A stretch of DNA of 62,817 bases from a virus (lineage: Duplodnaviria > Caudoviricetes). Where the stretch lies: positions 1 to 62,817 of the IMG/VR virus record IMGVR_UViG_3300023184_000121. One strand, 5' to 3'. Shown here piece after piece: positions 55,609-62,817 of this stretch (position 1 is its first letter; each line of letters opens with the position of its first letter). Position numbers and translations under genes: made by a program. The notes beneath the pieces were generated by a model that saw nothing but the letters and a program-made list of their open reading frames with translations, did not search any database and was not told where the DNA came from.

Positions 55609-56013
55609 TTAAATATTCCCTTTGATGTCTGTATTGAAGTGTTTATCTACCTCGCTCTTCTTGAGCTTAAAGATCCCGGCGAGCGCTGGGTTCTCCCGCA
55701 TGATAAATCGAGCGTAAGGTGCGGCGAGCGGGTCTGATATCTTGAATGCGCTTTCGGTGCGTACGGTTTCGATATTGGTTCGCCAGCGCAGAACCTCGAA
55801 GAGCATAGCGATACTGATGTTGCGTGCTCCTGCCCGGGAAGCGGTGAATGCCATCTCGGTGAGCTTGACTGCGACGTGCGGGTTCGCCTCGTGATACCGG
55901 GTAAACTTTTCCATGAGAGTGAGCCGCTTGTCTTCCTCGGGCTCTGGCTTATCAAAGTTGAATTCTGGCTGCCCGCCGTTGAGCCAGTGATCTGGATCGT
56001 GAGGGTCATTCAT
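55609..56013 (-). CDS. Conserved phage hypothetical protein
   Basis: F-x2-YH-x-ANPHV...FEVLRW...FKI...YAR-x-IM...F pattern. Confidence 0.7.
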   Translation of the reverse strand: MNDPHDPDHWLNGGQPEFNFDKPEPEEDKRLTLMEKFTRYHEANPHVAVKLTEMAFTASRAGARNISIAMLFEVLRWRTNIETVRTESAFKISDPLAAPYARFIMRENPALAGIFKLKKSEVDKHFNTDIKGNI

Positions 56014-56222
56014 AGTCTGTTTCTGTACACTCCTGACCACCTTGTTTAGGTGTTTACTCTGTAGAACCGTACTTTCGTACGATTAATAGGGAAGGGAGCG
56101 GGGGTGGGTTAGGTATTCTGATAGCGATCGAACTCAAGCCTCCCCACTGGATACAAGCTCTGTCGCTTTATAGCTATGTGGCTTTGTAGCTATGTATCGA
56201 TTGGGTGAGATGCGGATGCTCC

Positions 56223-56504
56223 TCATCTGAATGTCCTGTAGCTGAGTGTGTGTCCGTTTCGATCGAGCCAAGCCCGGCAGGCTTTAAGAACGCTCGTGGA
56301 ATCGCAATCTGGCCTGTAGGAGGCGACGAGGTCTGGGTGAGCGACGCTGACCCTGTAATGATGCCCCCGGAAGCCGCCTTCCTTATCGATGGCAGGAGGC
56401 GCCGTGTTGACGTGCAAGGCCTCCCGGCGTGCTGATGTGTCAACCTTGCTGTCGTCCTTGTGGGGATCCACCCAGAACCCGGCTCGTTGAGTCAGGGTCA
56501 TCAT
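56223..56504 (-). CDS. Hypothetical protein
   Basis: ATGA-coupled ORF. Confidence 0.45.
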   Translation of the reverse strand: MMTLTQRAGFWVDPHKDDSKVDTSARREALHVNTAPPAIDKEGGFRGHHYRVSVAHPDLVASYRPDCDSTSVLKACRAWLDRNGHTLSYRTFR

Positions 56505-56788
56505 TTGGTGTCCTCCTTGGGAGCGAAGATCTCCACCAGTGTTTTGCCGTTGCTGAGGGCTTCCCGGGCGATGTCCCGGACGGCGTCCATGCGGTCGGGC
56601 AGCGAGATGACCCAATCGCAGTCCCGGAGGCGCTCGAGGGCTGCCTCGAGCTTCTGGATGCGAGCGGCTGCCTCGAGCAGCAATGCGTCGGTCTGTGCTT
56701 CATCGATTGGAGACATCTCCCCGCAATCCCCAGACCACCTCTTAGGAACGTATACGCACCCGCTCATCAGGCGTGTAGTGAGATTCAT
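56501..56788 (-). CDS. Hypothetical protein
   Basis: EAAARIQKLEAAL helical motif; coupled to the MazG gene. Confidence 0.55.
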   Translation of the reverse strand: MNLTTRLMSGCVYVPKRWSGDCGEMSPIDEAQTDALLLEAAARIQKLEAALERLRDCDWVISLPDRMDAVRDIAREALSNGKTLVEIFAPKEDTK

Positions 56789-57249
56789 TTTTCCTCCTTC
56801 ACGAATACTCCCCCGGGAAGCATTTTACCCTTTCGGTCTTTGATTGTTTCGTACGCTACGTTGAGGCAATCCACTAGCGTGGTGCCCTTGATCTCGCATA
56901 GGTTAATAAGGCAAACGACGGTGTCTCCCACCGCATCCACAAGCCCGAGATGATCGTCCTTTGCAATTGCGTCCGCCAGTTCACCCATTTCCGACGCCGC
57001 TTTAAGGTACTGCGACGTTGCGGTGGAGTTTTGGATGATTCCACGGTCGCGTGCCCAGCGCACAACCTTGTCTTCGAGGTCTTCGTATTTTGGCGCCTCG
57101 GGCGACGTCGGCCTATCGGAGAGCGTCACCTTGTTCGAGCGATGCATGACTGCGCGAAAGTCGATGCTACTACTGAGCCCGGCTTGCACGGCGGCATATT
57201 GGAATTCTCGGACGATGGATCTGAGTTCTGTTTCTAGTTCTGTTGGCAT
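56785..57249 (-). CDS. MazG-like NTP pyrophosphohydrolase
   Basis: WARDRGI...SEMGELADAI...DAVGD...AYETIKDRKG...FVKE. Confidence 0.85.
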   Translation of the reverse strand: MPTELETELRSIVREFQYAAVQAGLSSSIDFRAVMHRSNKVTLSDRPTSPEAPKYEDLEDKVVRWARDRGIIQNSTATSQYLKAASEMGELADAIAKDDHLGLVDAVGDTVVCLINLCEIKGTTLVDCLNVAYETIKDRKGKMLPGGVFVKEEK

Positions 57250-57506
57250 GGTTTGATTTTGATAAATGTTGGAGTTGCCGGGCCTACATAGGCGCCGATG
57301 ATGTTGAAGTCGAAGTACTCGAGCGCCTCGTCGTGGGTCATATCCCGGCAAAGGATTTCGATGACCTTGTCGAGGTCGTAGATGGCCTTGCATTGACTCT
57401 CGAATCCCATTTGCACGCCCACAAAGGCTTCGTCAAAGCCGTCGAGCGTGAGGATGGGTGCTTGTTCTGGGTCGTCGTATTCTTCAAGGAATTCTTGAAT
57501 GGTCAT
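57234..57506 (-). CDS. Conserved phage hypothetical protein
   Basis: DGFDEAFVG...AIYD...EALEYFDFNIIGAYVG-x2-TP. Confidence 0.75.
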   Translation of the reverse strand: MTIQEFLEEYDDPEQAPILTLDGFDEAFVGVQMGFESQCKAIYDLDKVIEILCRDMTHDEALEYFDFNIIGAYVGPATPTFIKIKPCQQN

Positions 57507-57568
57507 TGGGTGATGTTAGTTTGGAATCTCAACCAGTAAACGCCGGGCGGCGTTTGGTGATGAACGGG

Positions 57569-57608
57569 AAAACCCCCGGCCCGTCATGTGACGGTGTCCG
57601 GGGCGTTT
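57569..57608. terminator. Intergenic hairpin, possible terminator
   Basis: aaaccccgg-ccgtca-tg-tgacgg-ccggggcgttt. Confidence 0.45.
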
Positions 57609-57611
57609 CAT

Positions 57612-57830
57612 TTACTCGCCGTGCTCGAGTTCATGGGTTATCTCGCGCACCCGCTTCTCGGGAAGTTCCCCGGCAAGGCGTGAGGTTAATTCTGCGAGCG
57701 AGTCGTGTTGGTGCCGAATGAACGCCAACATTTGGCGCATCGACAGCATCACGCTGTCTTGATCTTCGAGGGTATTTTTAAGCTCCCGAATCTTTCTTTG
57801 AAGCGATGCAATGCTTGGAGGTTTCTTCAT
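57612..57830 (-). CDS. Small coiled-coil protein
   Basis: ORF in the early region. Confidence 0.55.
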   Translation of the reverse strand: MKKPPSIASLQRKIRELKNTLEDQDSVMLSMRQMLAFIRHQHDSLAELTSRLAGELPEKRVREITHELEHGE

Positions 57831-57984
57831 GGAATATCTGGCTCAGGAGTGTTGTCCCATTCTTTCCCGCAATCGAGGCAATGCGACTCGTACTGACACT
57901 TTGCCACAACGACGCCCCTACACTCGGGGCACTCCCATTCCGGCTCTTCGTCCCGGGGATCTGAATCTCCGGGGAATCCTGTGC

Positions 57985-58245
57985 TTAACACGCGACACCT
58001 CCAAGCAGCGCACGCATCCCGGCGCCGTAATAGGCGTCCTTGATGCGGTTGATGGTATCAGATGATACCCCGGGAAACCGGGATTCCCGGAAGTCCTGAG
58101 AGACGTGCTTCTCACCGACGTACACGAGCCCTTGCGGAACGTCCGGGGTAGGCTGCCTGACAGATCGGTAGATGATCAGGTTGCAGTCCTGATCCATCTT
58201 CCCGATAAAAATCCCGTCGTCGTAAATGGTTTTGGTTGTTCTCAT
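57985..58245 (-). CDS. Hypothetical protein
   Basis: ATGA-coupled ORF chain. Confidence 0.55.
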   Translation of the reverse strand: MRTTKTIYDDGIFIGKMDQDCNLIIYRSVRQPTPDVPQGLVYVGEKHVSQDFRESRFPGVSSDTINRIKDAYYGAGMRALLGGVAC

Positions 58246-58415
58246 TTTTCTAAACGAATCTCGGTTGCTGATACCAGCATCACCGCTGTCGCGGCCAGTA
58301 TCAACGCAACTGCGACCAAACTTTCGATCGGGTTCATGTATTGCCCGTAGAAGCGGATAGCCAGAGCGTCTGCTAGGCAGAGCGCGAATGCGGAGAAGAA
58401 AACGAAGTATTTCAT
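58242..58415 (-). CDS. Small two-TM membrane protein
   Basis: MKYFVFFSAFALCLA...LVAVALILAATAVMLV. Confidence 0.55.
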   Translation of the reverse strand: MKYFVFFSAFALCLADALAIRFYGQYMNPIESLVAVALILAATAVMLVSATEIRLEK

Positions 58416-58750
58416 GCTTTGAATAAGGTGAAGAGGATTGAGGTGAATTCTGTTGAGACGACTATCTTCCGGCCTGCCGGATGACGAATGTAAGCAAAGG
58501 GGGTAATTCCCGCGCACTGGAGCACCGTGACGGCTTGTGTGGACTCGCAGTCGATGTCGTAGTCGTACTGTCGGGTCAACGCCCTCTTGTGCCCCTCAAA
58601 CGTGATTTTGACGCGCTGCTTTAGGGTCTTGGTGGGCTTCAATAACTTGACGCTGATGATGTGCGCCGTTGGAATCTTCCGGGCATCCCCGGCAAATAAC
58701 ACGGCGCCCAATTCTTCGGCGAAGGTTTGTTTTGTTGGTTTGGTCTTCAT
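58412..58750 (-). CDS. Hypothetical protein
   Basis: I-x-VK-x-L-x-PT...RVKIT...YDY pattern; coupled ORF. Confidence 0.6.
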   Translation of the reverse strand: MKTKPTKQTFAEELGAVLFAGDARKIPTAHIISVKLLKPTKTLKQRVKITFEGHKRALTRQYDYDIDCESTQAVTVLQCAGITPFAYIRHPAGRKIVVSTEFTSILFTLFKA

Positions 58751-59007
58751 TTGAGTCGTGCGAATACGGTTGGCTTTTGGTCGATGGGCAATTCCCGGAG
58801 AAGGGCGTTGCAGGCTGCCTCGTGAGCGAATTTGGCGCTGTCTTGGTTGCCCGTGTAGATGGCTTCATCAATCTGGTTAAAGTTCTCGTCCTTTGTTTGG
58901 GTGACCCATGAGGTCGTGCCCCGGTCGTACCAAGTTTCCACAAAGCGCCCTTCGACGTTACAGTGGATTTTGATGTAGTGATGTTGGGCGGCTGATCCTA
59001 GTGACAT
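58747..59007 (-). CDS. Hypothetical protein
   Basis: WYDR-x2-x-SW...D-x3-NQI pattern; coupled ORF. Confidence 0.6.
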   Translation of the reverse strand: MSLGSAAQHHYIKIHCNVEGRFVETWYDRGTTSWVTQTKDENFNQIDEAIYTGNQDSAKFAHEAACNALLRELPIDQKPTVFARLK

Positions 59008-59089
59008 AATGAATTAATGAGGTGATCGGAGCGGGATTGCTCCCTCCTCCCTTCTGATCGGGCGACCAGAAGGGAGACGGGAACCATCG

Positions 59090-59869
59090 TTACTCAACGC
59101 CAAACTTGGCAACAAGCTCAGCGTAATACGCTTTGAACGCTTTAGTGTTCTTGGTGCCCACCTGCTTGGCGATGCATTCGAGTAGAATGTAAAGCGCCCG
59201 GCCTTGTGGCGCATGACCCTGAAGTAGCCCGGTTGAGATGGAGCACAGAAAGCCGCCTGCAAAGCCTTTTGTCCATGCGTCGAGGGTAGAGTCGCCAACT
59301 TCGCTTAGAAGCGCCTTGGCGAGGCTCTCAGCCGCTGCTTCGGCAGCTTCGCGCTCGGGGGCGAGCAGCGCCTTTGCGAACACTTGCGTGCGTGCGGAGT
59401 CGGTGTCGGGCTTGAAGCTTTGGTTGGCAAACCATTCTAGGTAGCCTTTATCTTCCGAGTACACCTCGACGACGTACTTCCCGGCGTGCTTACCCCCCTG
59501 AAACTTGGAGAAATCGGTGGAGGCGACACGAGCCGCTTCAGCCGCCCGGCGGGCTTCGGCTTGCTCACGAGAGATGCGTGCGATCTCATCGAGATCAAAG
59601 TTGACCACGCCGCTGAATTTGGCGTTGGGGTAATTCTTGGAGAGGTACTCCCGGGCGGAGTTGAGCGCCTGTGCCTTGTCAGTGCTCAAGTTCTTAATGT
59701 AGACCGAAGCGTCGTCGGATTCGGTGGATACGTTGCCTTCGTCGTCCCTGATATGGCGGGTACGAGTTCCGTAAGCCTTGAGTGTATAAAACCCATTTTT
59801 GTCACCAGTGGAGATGCCAAAGTGATTGATTCTGATGAGGTTGCCGTAGATGTCAGATAGGATGATCAT
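59090..59869 (-). CDS. Early protein with an F-x-GGKHAG...D-x-GYLEW motif (DUF3820/ExoX C-terminal-like)
   Basis: Motif visible in translation; downstream of promoter copy 2. Confidence 0.65.
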   Translation of the reverse strand: MIILSDIYGNLIRINHFGISTGDKNGFYTLKAYGTRTRHIRDDEGNVSTESDDASVYIKNLSTDKAQALNSAREYLSKNYPNAKFSGVVNFDLDEIARISREQAEARRAAEAARVASTDFSKFQGGKHAGKYVVEVYSEDKGYLEWFANQSFKPDTDSARTQVFAKALLAPEREAAEAAAESLAKALLSEVGDSTLDAWTKGFAGGFLCSISTGLLQGHAPQGRALYILLECIAKQVGTKNTKAFKAYYAELVAKFGVE

Positions 59870-59892
59870 AATAATTTGATGTAATGAATGGA

Positions 59893-59968
59893 ACCGACAG
59901 GCAGAAGAATGAGCCAGCCGGGAATCGCTGTCGATCTGTTTTTTTAAAAAATCTGACAGCGATTCCCG
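59893..59968 (-). promoter_or_regulatory. Early promoter-like motif, copy 2, overlapped by a 14-bp inverted repeat
   Basis: cgggaatcgctgtc (59919-59932) and gacagcgattcccg (59955-59968) flank ttttttaaaaaatct. Confidence 0.6.
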
Positions 59969-59978
59969 TAAATACCGC

Positions 59979-60239
59979 TCAATGATGGTCTTGTATTTGG
60001 TTGTTTCTTTTGAAAATAGCCGCTTTCCGGCGGATATAATCATTCACTGCACGCCTCCCGGCGCATGGTTGGCAGGGGCAAACCTTTGAAAACGTGGCAA
60101 TTATCGCCGCCCCGTCTTGAGGCCCGTCTACGATATTCATACTCATGTTCAACTCTTCCACGCCGTTATGCACCGTCCACCCTGCCACTAGCGATACGAG
60201 TTCCCGGACGTCTTCCTCGGTGACTGGAGGGATGTTCAT
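59979..60239 (-). CDS. Hypothetical protein
   Basis: ORF with CPCQPC. Confidence 0.5.
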   Translation of the reverse strand: MNIPPVTEEDVRELVSLVAGWTVHNGVEELNMSMNIVDGPQDGAAIIATFSKVCPCQPCAGRRAVNDYIRRKAAIFKRNNQIQDHH

Positions 60240-60541
60240 TATTCCTCCCCCTCCCATTGCACGTCGTCTACCCAGTGCTCAGCTATTTCGCTCCAGTTGA
60301 TGCGGTTGACCGCTCCGATCAGGAGGTCTGCGACGAGCCCGGTCGCCTTGTCGTCCGGGTAGAAGATCTCGTCACAGTATTCCTTCAGGGCGTCCGCCAG
60401 CGCTGACACCTTTTCAGACTTATATTCCTCATCGCTTTGATCGTCGCGCTCAGGCGCTTCCAGTTCTTCGATCGGGCACTCCTCAAGCCAAAGAGGCACC
60501 AACCAAGTTTCTCTGTTTTCCCAGCCGTTATAGTCGCTCAT
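60239..60541 (-). CDS. Conserved acidic phage protein (YNGW-x-N-x-ETW family)
   Basis: YNGWENRETWLVPLW...INWSEIA. Confidence 0.75.
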   Translation of the reverse strand: MSDYNGWENRETWLVPLWLEECPIEELEAPERDDQSDEEYKSEKVSALADALKEYCDEIFYPDDKATGLVADLLIGAVNRINWSEIAEHWVDDVQWEGEE

Positions 60542-60565
60542 TTTGTGTGTTTTCTATGTTTAGTG

Positions 60566-61084
60566 TTATGCCAAAAGTTCTGATGCGTACCCGCTAAAGT
60601 GAGCCCCCCGGGCGTTCCCAAGCAAGTCGGCAAAGTCCCGGAAGTCAAACTGAGAACGATGCTCCCGGATGTACCTGATGCGCTCCGCCGTCGAGTAGCA
60701 GTCCGCCCAAACGCGCTGAGCTTCTTCCTCCTCACGCCTTGACCAGTCTTCCTCATCCAGCACCGGGTAGTCCTCGAGGGAAGTGTGAATCTCAACAGCG
60801 GTGTCGTATTCCGGCGTGCCTTCCCGGACGCCGATGTACTCAATCCAGCCGCAAGCCCAATGCCCGATGCGGACAACCTCTACGTTCTCGCCCTCGCCTC
60901 CGAGTTGCTCGAGCGCCGTCTCGAAGTTTGAGTTTGAGAGCAGATCAGAGTCCCGGTTGCGGGCGACCAGCAAGCCCCAGCCCTCGTCCGGGAGTTCCCC
61001 GGCGAAGTTGGACAGCGAATCGAGGCCAGTGGGGCTGGAAACAGCCTTCCTGAGCGAAGGCAGGGAGAATTCGTTTTTATTCAT
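60566..61084 (-). CDS. Conserved acidic early phage protein
   Basis: RDSD-x-L-x2-SNF...HWACGWIE...LEDYPVLDEE. Confidence 0.75.
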   Translation of the reverse strand: MNKNEFSLPSLRKAVSSPTGLDSLSNFAGELPDEGWGLLVARNRDSDLLSNSNFETALEQLGGEGENVEVVRIGHWACGWIEYIGVREGTPEYDTAVEIHTSLEDYPVLDEEDWSRREEEEAQRVWADCYSTAERIRYIREHRSQFDFRDFADLLGNARGAHFSGYASELLA

Positions 61085-61112
61085 GGATGTTGGTTTTTAT
61101 AAGAGTGAAAGA

Positions 61113-61146
61113 AGGGGAGGGGAATTTTTGTTTTATTCCCCTCCCC
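61113..61146. terminator. Intergenic hairpin, possible terminator
   Basis: ggggaggggaat...attcccctcccc, followed by ttctttc on the minus strand. Confidence 0.6.
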
Positions 61147-61156
61147 GGTGAGTTTG

Positions 61157-61975
61157 TTAGGCTTTAGCGGCCTCGTGAGCGGCTTTAGCGAGGAGGTAGC
61201 CGTTGTTAAGGGCTTCGACCGTTTCGGCGTATTCGGCGAACCCGAATTCCCGGAGCTGGCTGATGAGCTTTGGCACAGAGTTCACGTTGCTGCCGCCAGC
61301 GGTGACAAACTTTTTCAAGATGGCGTTATCCAAAAAGATAACCCCCGGGTTCGCCGCAAAGAAGGCTGCCTTGGCAGCGTAAAACTCGACGTTAGCAACC
61401 TCTTCAACCGTGCTACGGTAGAACTCGATATCCTTGGTCAAGGCACGCTTGGCAGCGACTACCGCTTTGCCGAGCGCCTGAATGCCCTTGCGAGCGCCCT
61501 TTACGGCCTGCTCCTTGGCTTCCACTACTTCGACCGGGATCAGCGCTGCTGGCGCCCATGCCGCGATGCGTGCCTCAGCGAAAGGAACAAACCCAACATT
61601 TGCCCAGTACTGCTCCCCCTTGGCTCTCCAAGCCGCTTCTGCCTGCTCGTCTGCAACCCACTGAGCGGAGCGCTCCACCTTAGCCCGGTTGTAGCCAGAG
61701 GTGAACCTGCCGGGCGTCGTGCGCTTTGGAGCGGGCTCTTCAACGTAGTTGGCGATACTGATCTTGATGCTGGCGAGCACGGAGACCAGCAGGTCGCAGG
61801 ACACTTCGTAAGGAAGCTCATTGCTGCCCCGGCAAACGCCGTTGAAGAAGCCGTACTTGACGTCGTAGCCGTGCTTGGCGAGGTAGCCGCCGGGAGCCTT
61901 TTGAAGGCTGCCACAGAGCTGGCAGGAGCCGTAGTGAGTCGCGGAGCGGGAGGAGGAGGTGGATGTAGTTGTCAT
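61157..61975 (-). CDS. Early protein with an N-terminal Zn-binding motif
   Basis: THYGSCQLCG...HGY...GVCRGS...PYE. Confidence 0.7.
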   Translation of the reverse strand: MTTTSTSSSRSATHYGSCQLCGSLQKAPGGYLAKHGYDVKYGFFNGVCRGSNELPYEVSCDLLVSVLASIKISIANYVEEPAPKRTTPGRFTSGYNRAKVERSAQWVADEQAEAAWRAKGEQYWANVGFVPFAEARIAAWAPAALIPVEVVEAKEQAVKGARKGIQALGKAVVAAKRALTKDIEFYRSTVEEVANVEFYAAKAAFFAANPGVIFLDNAILKKFVTAGGSNVNSVPKLISQLREFGFAEYAETVEALNNGYLLAKAAHEAAKA

Positions 61976-61997
61976 TTTTAATGTATTGATGAGGTTG

Positions 61998-62060
61998 ACC
62001 GACAAGCAGGAGTAAATCAGAGGCCCGGATTTCTGTACACCACTTTTTTTTAAAAATCTT
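61998..62060 (-). promoter_or_regulatory. Early promoter-like motif, copy 3
   Basis: AGATTTTTAAAAAAAA..GTGTAC..GTCGGT with spacing matching copies 1 and 2. Confidence 0.6.
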
Positions 62061-62116
62061 ATATGTGCCTACGCAAACTGCTCGCAGCAAGCACTTCAGT
62101 GGTTTTATTTTTTTCA

Positions 62117-62152
62117 CAAAAAAGGCCGACAGAACAATGTCTGTCGGCCTTC
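62117..62152 (-). terminator. Rho-independent terminator
   Basis: aaggccgacaga/tctgtcggcctt stem followed by a T-run on the minus strand. Confidence 0.75.
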
Positions 62153-62165
62153 CCGGGCGTTGTTT

Positions 62166-62489
62166 TTAGTTCAGAGCCTTCAGGGCTTGGTTCAGGTCGT
62201 GATAGAGCCCCTGCCTTACTCTCCGGGCGTTGCTAAGCTCCGTGTCCAGAAGCTTTTCTGCTTCTGCCTTCACCCGGTTAAAGTGCGCCTCAGCCGTGTT
62301 GCGAGCCTCAGCGGTGATGTACTCAGCCCGCTGCCGGGCCTCAGCTAATGTCAGCACCGGGACAAAGTCAGAGCGGAGATCCCGCTCCAGCTCGTCGATG
62401 ATCGATGCCAGCCAAGACCCAAGGTAAGACGCTGCCCCGAGCGTTTTTGCGGCTTCCCGGAGGATTGCGATTTCGTTGTCTTTAGTCAT
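62166..62489 (-). CDS. Hypothetical coiled-coil protein
   Basis: MTKDNEI...SYLGSWL...RSDF. Confidence 0.65.
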   Translation of the reverse strand: MTKDNEIAILREAAKTLGAASYLGSWLASIIDELERDLRSDFVPVLTLAEARQRAEYITAEARNTAEAHFNRVKAEAEKLLDTELSNARRVRQGLYHDLNQALKALN

Positions 62490-62527
62490 AAATAAAAAAG
62501 TTGATGGTGATTTCGGACGAAGTCGAA

Positions 62528-62797
62528 TTAGACGCCGATCTGCTTCGCTATAAGATTGGCACCGTCCCACTTAGCGTTGAATGAGTGGATCCAGTTAGAC
62601 TCGCGGTCTCCGATCGGCCCCTGAAGTTCGTAGACGTCGATGATGAACTCAGAGACACCTTCCGGGAGGTGATCAATCGGGCAGAACTCCCGGCTCCCAG
62701 TCTTTGGGCAGTTATACGCGGCCTCGAAGCGATAGGAGCCCGGGCGGGAATATGCAGTGGTCTTCTTGAATGCGCGGAATGCTTTGAGCAGTTTCAT
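62528..62797 (-). CDS. Hypothetical early protein (89 aa)
   Basis: 11 of 14 differences from the copy at 1-142 fall in third codon positions, supporting real coding. Confidence 0.75.
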   Translation of the reverse strand: MKLLKAFRAFKKTTAYSRPGSYRFEAAYNCPKTGSREFCPIDHLPEGVSEFIIDVYELQGPIGDRESNWIHSFNAKWDGANLIAKQIGV

Positions 62798-62817
62798 AAT
62801 ATAATAATGGATGGATG
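62656..62817. repeat. Terminal direct repeat, right copy
   Basis: Aligns to 1-162. Confidence 0.9.

Noticed and set aside
61148-61981. 277-aa plus-strand ORF, and other antisense ORFs such as 33886-34569 and 52288-52941
   Set aside because: Antisense shadows of minus-strand genes with recognisable motifs.

Overview
The window looks like an essentially complete ~62.65 kb podovirus-type dsDNA phage genome. Bases 1-162 recur at 62656-62817 as a diverged allele, and nearly all genes are on the minus strand. Read in transcription order (high to low coordinates) it contains: small early genes with three matching promoter-like motifs; MazG; TerS and TerL; portal, scaffold and major capsid; collagen-like Thr-rich fibres; lysis genes; a glycosyltransferase/FkbM cluster; tail adaptor and nozzle; ejection-type proteins; a 3594-aa polyvalent protein; and a lambdoid-type recombination/replication block (Cas4-like exonuclease, Sak4-like ATPase, SSB, RusA, YdaU-type initiator with iterons, DnaC). 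The main finding is an intact YcaO-TfuA pair, the known backbone-thioamidation machinery, translationally coupled inside the ejection-protein cluster. It sits beside a family of small paralogs that start MG(G) and end FGG(S/A), which are candidate substrates. The phage also encodes an Erv1/Alr-type sulfhydryl oxidase, five glycosyltransferases and a kinase cassette, so it carries an unusually broad protein-modification toolkit. No integrase, DNA polymerase, tRNA, rRNA or CRISPR array was recognised. All family calls come from motifs and synteny read by eye; no database search was run.
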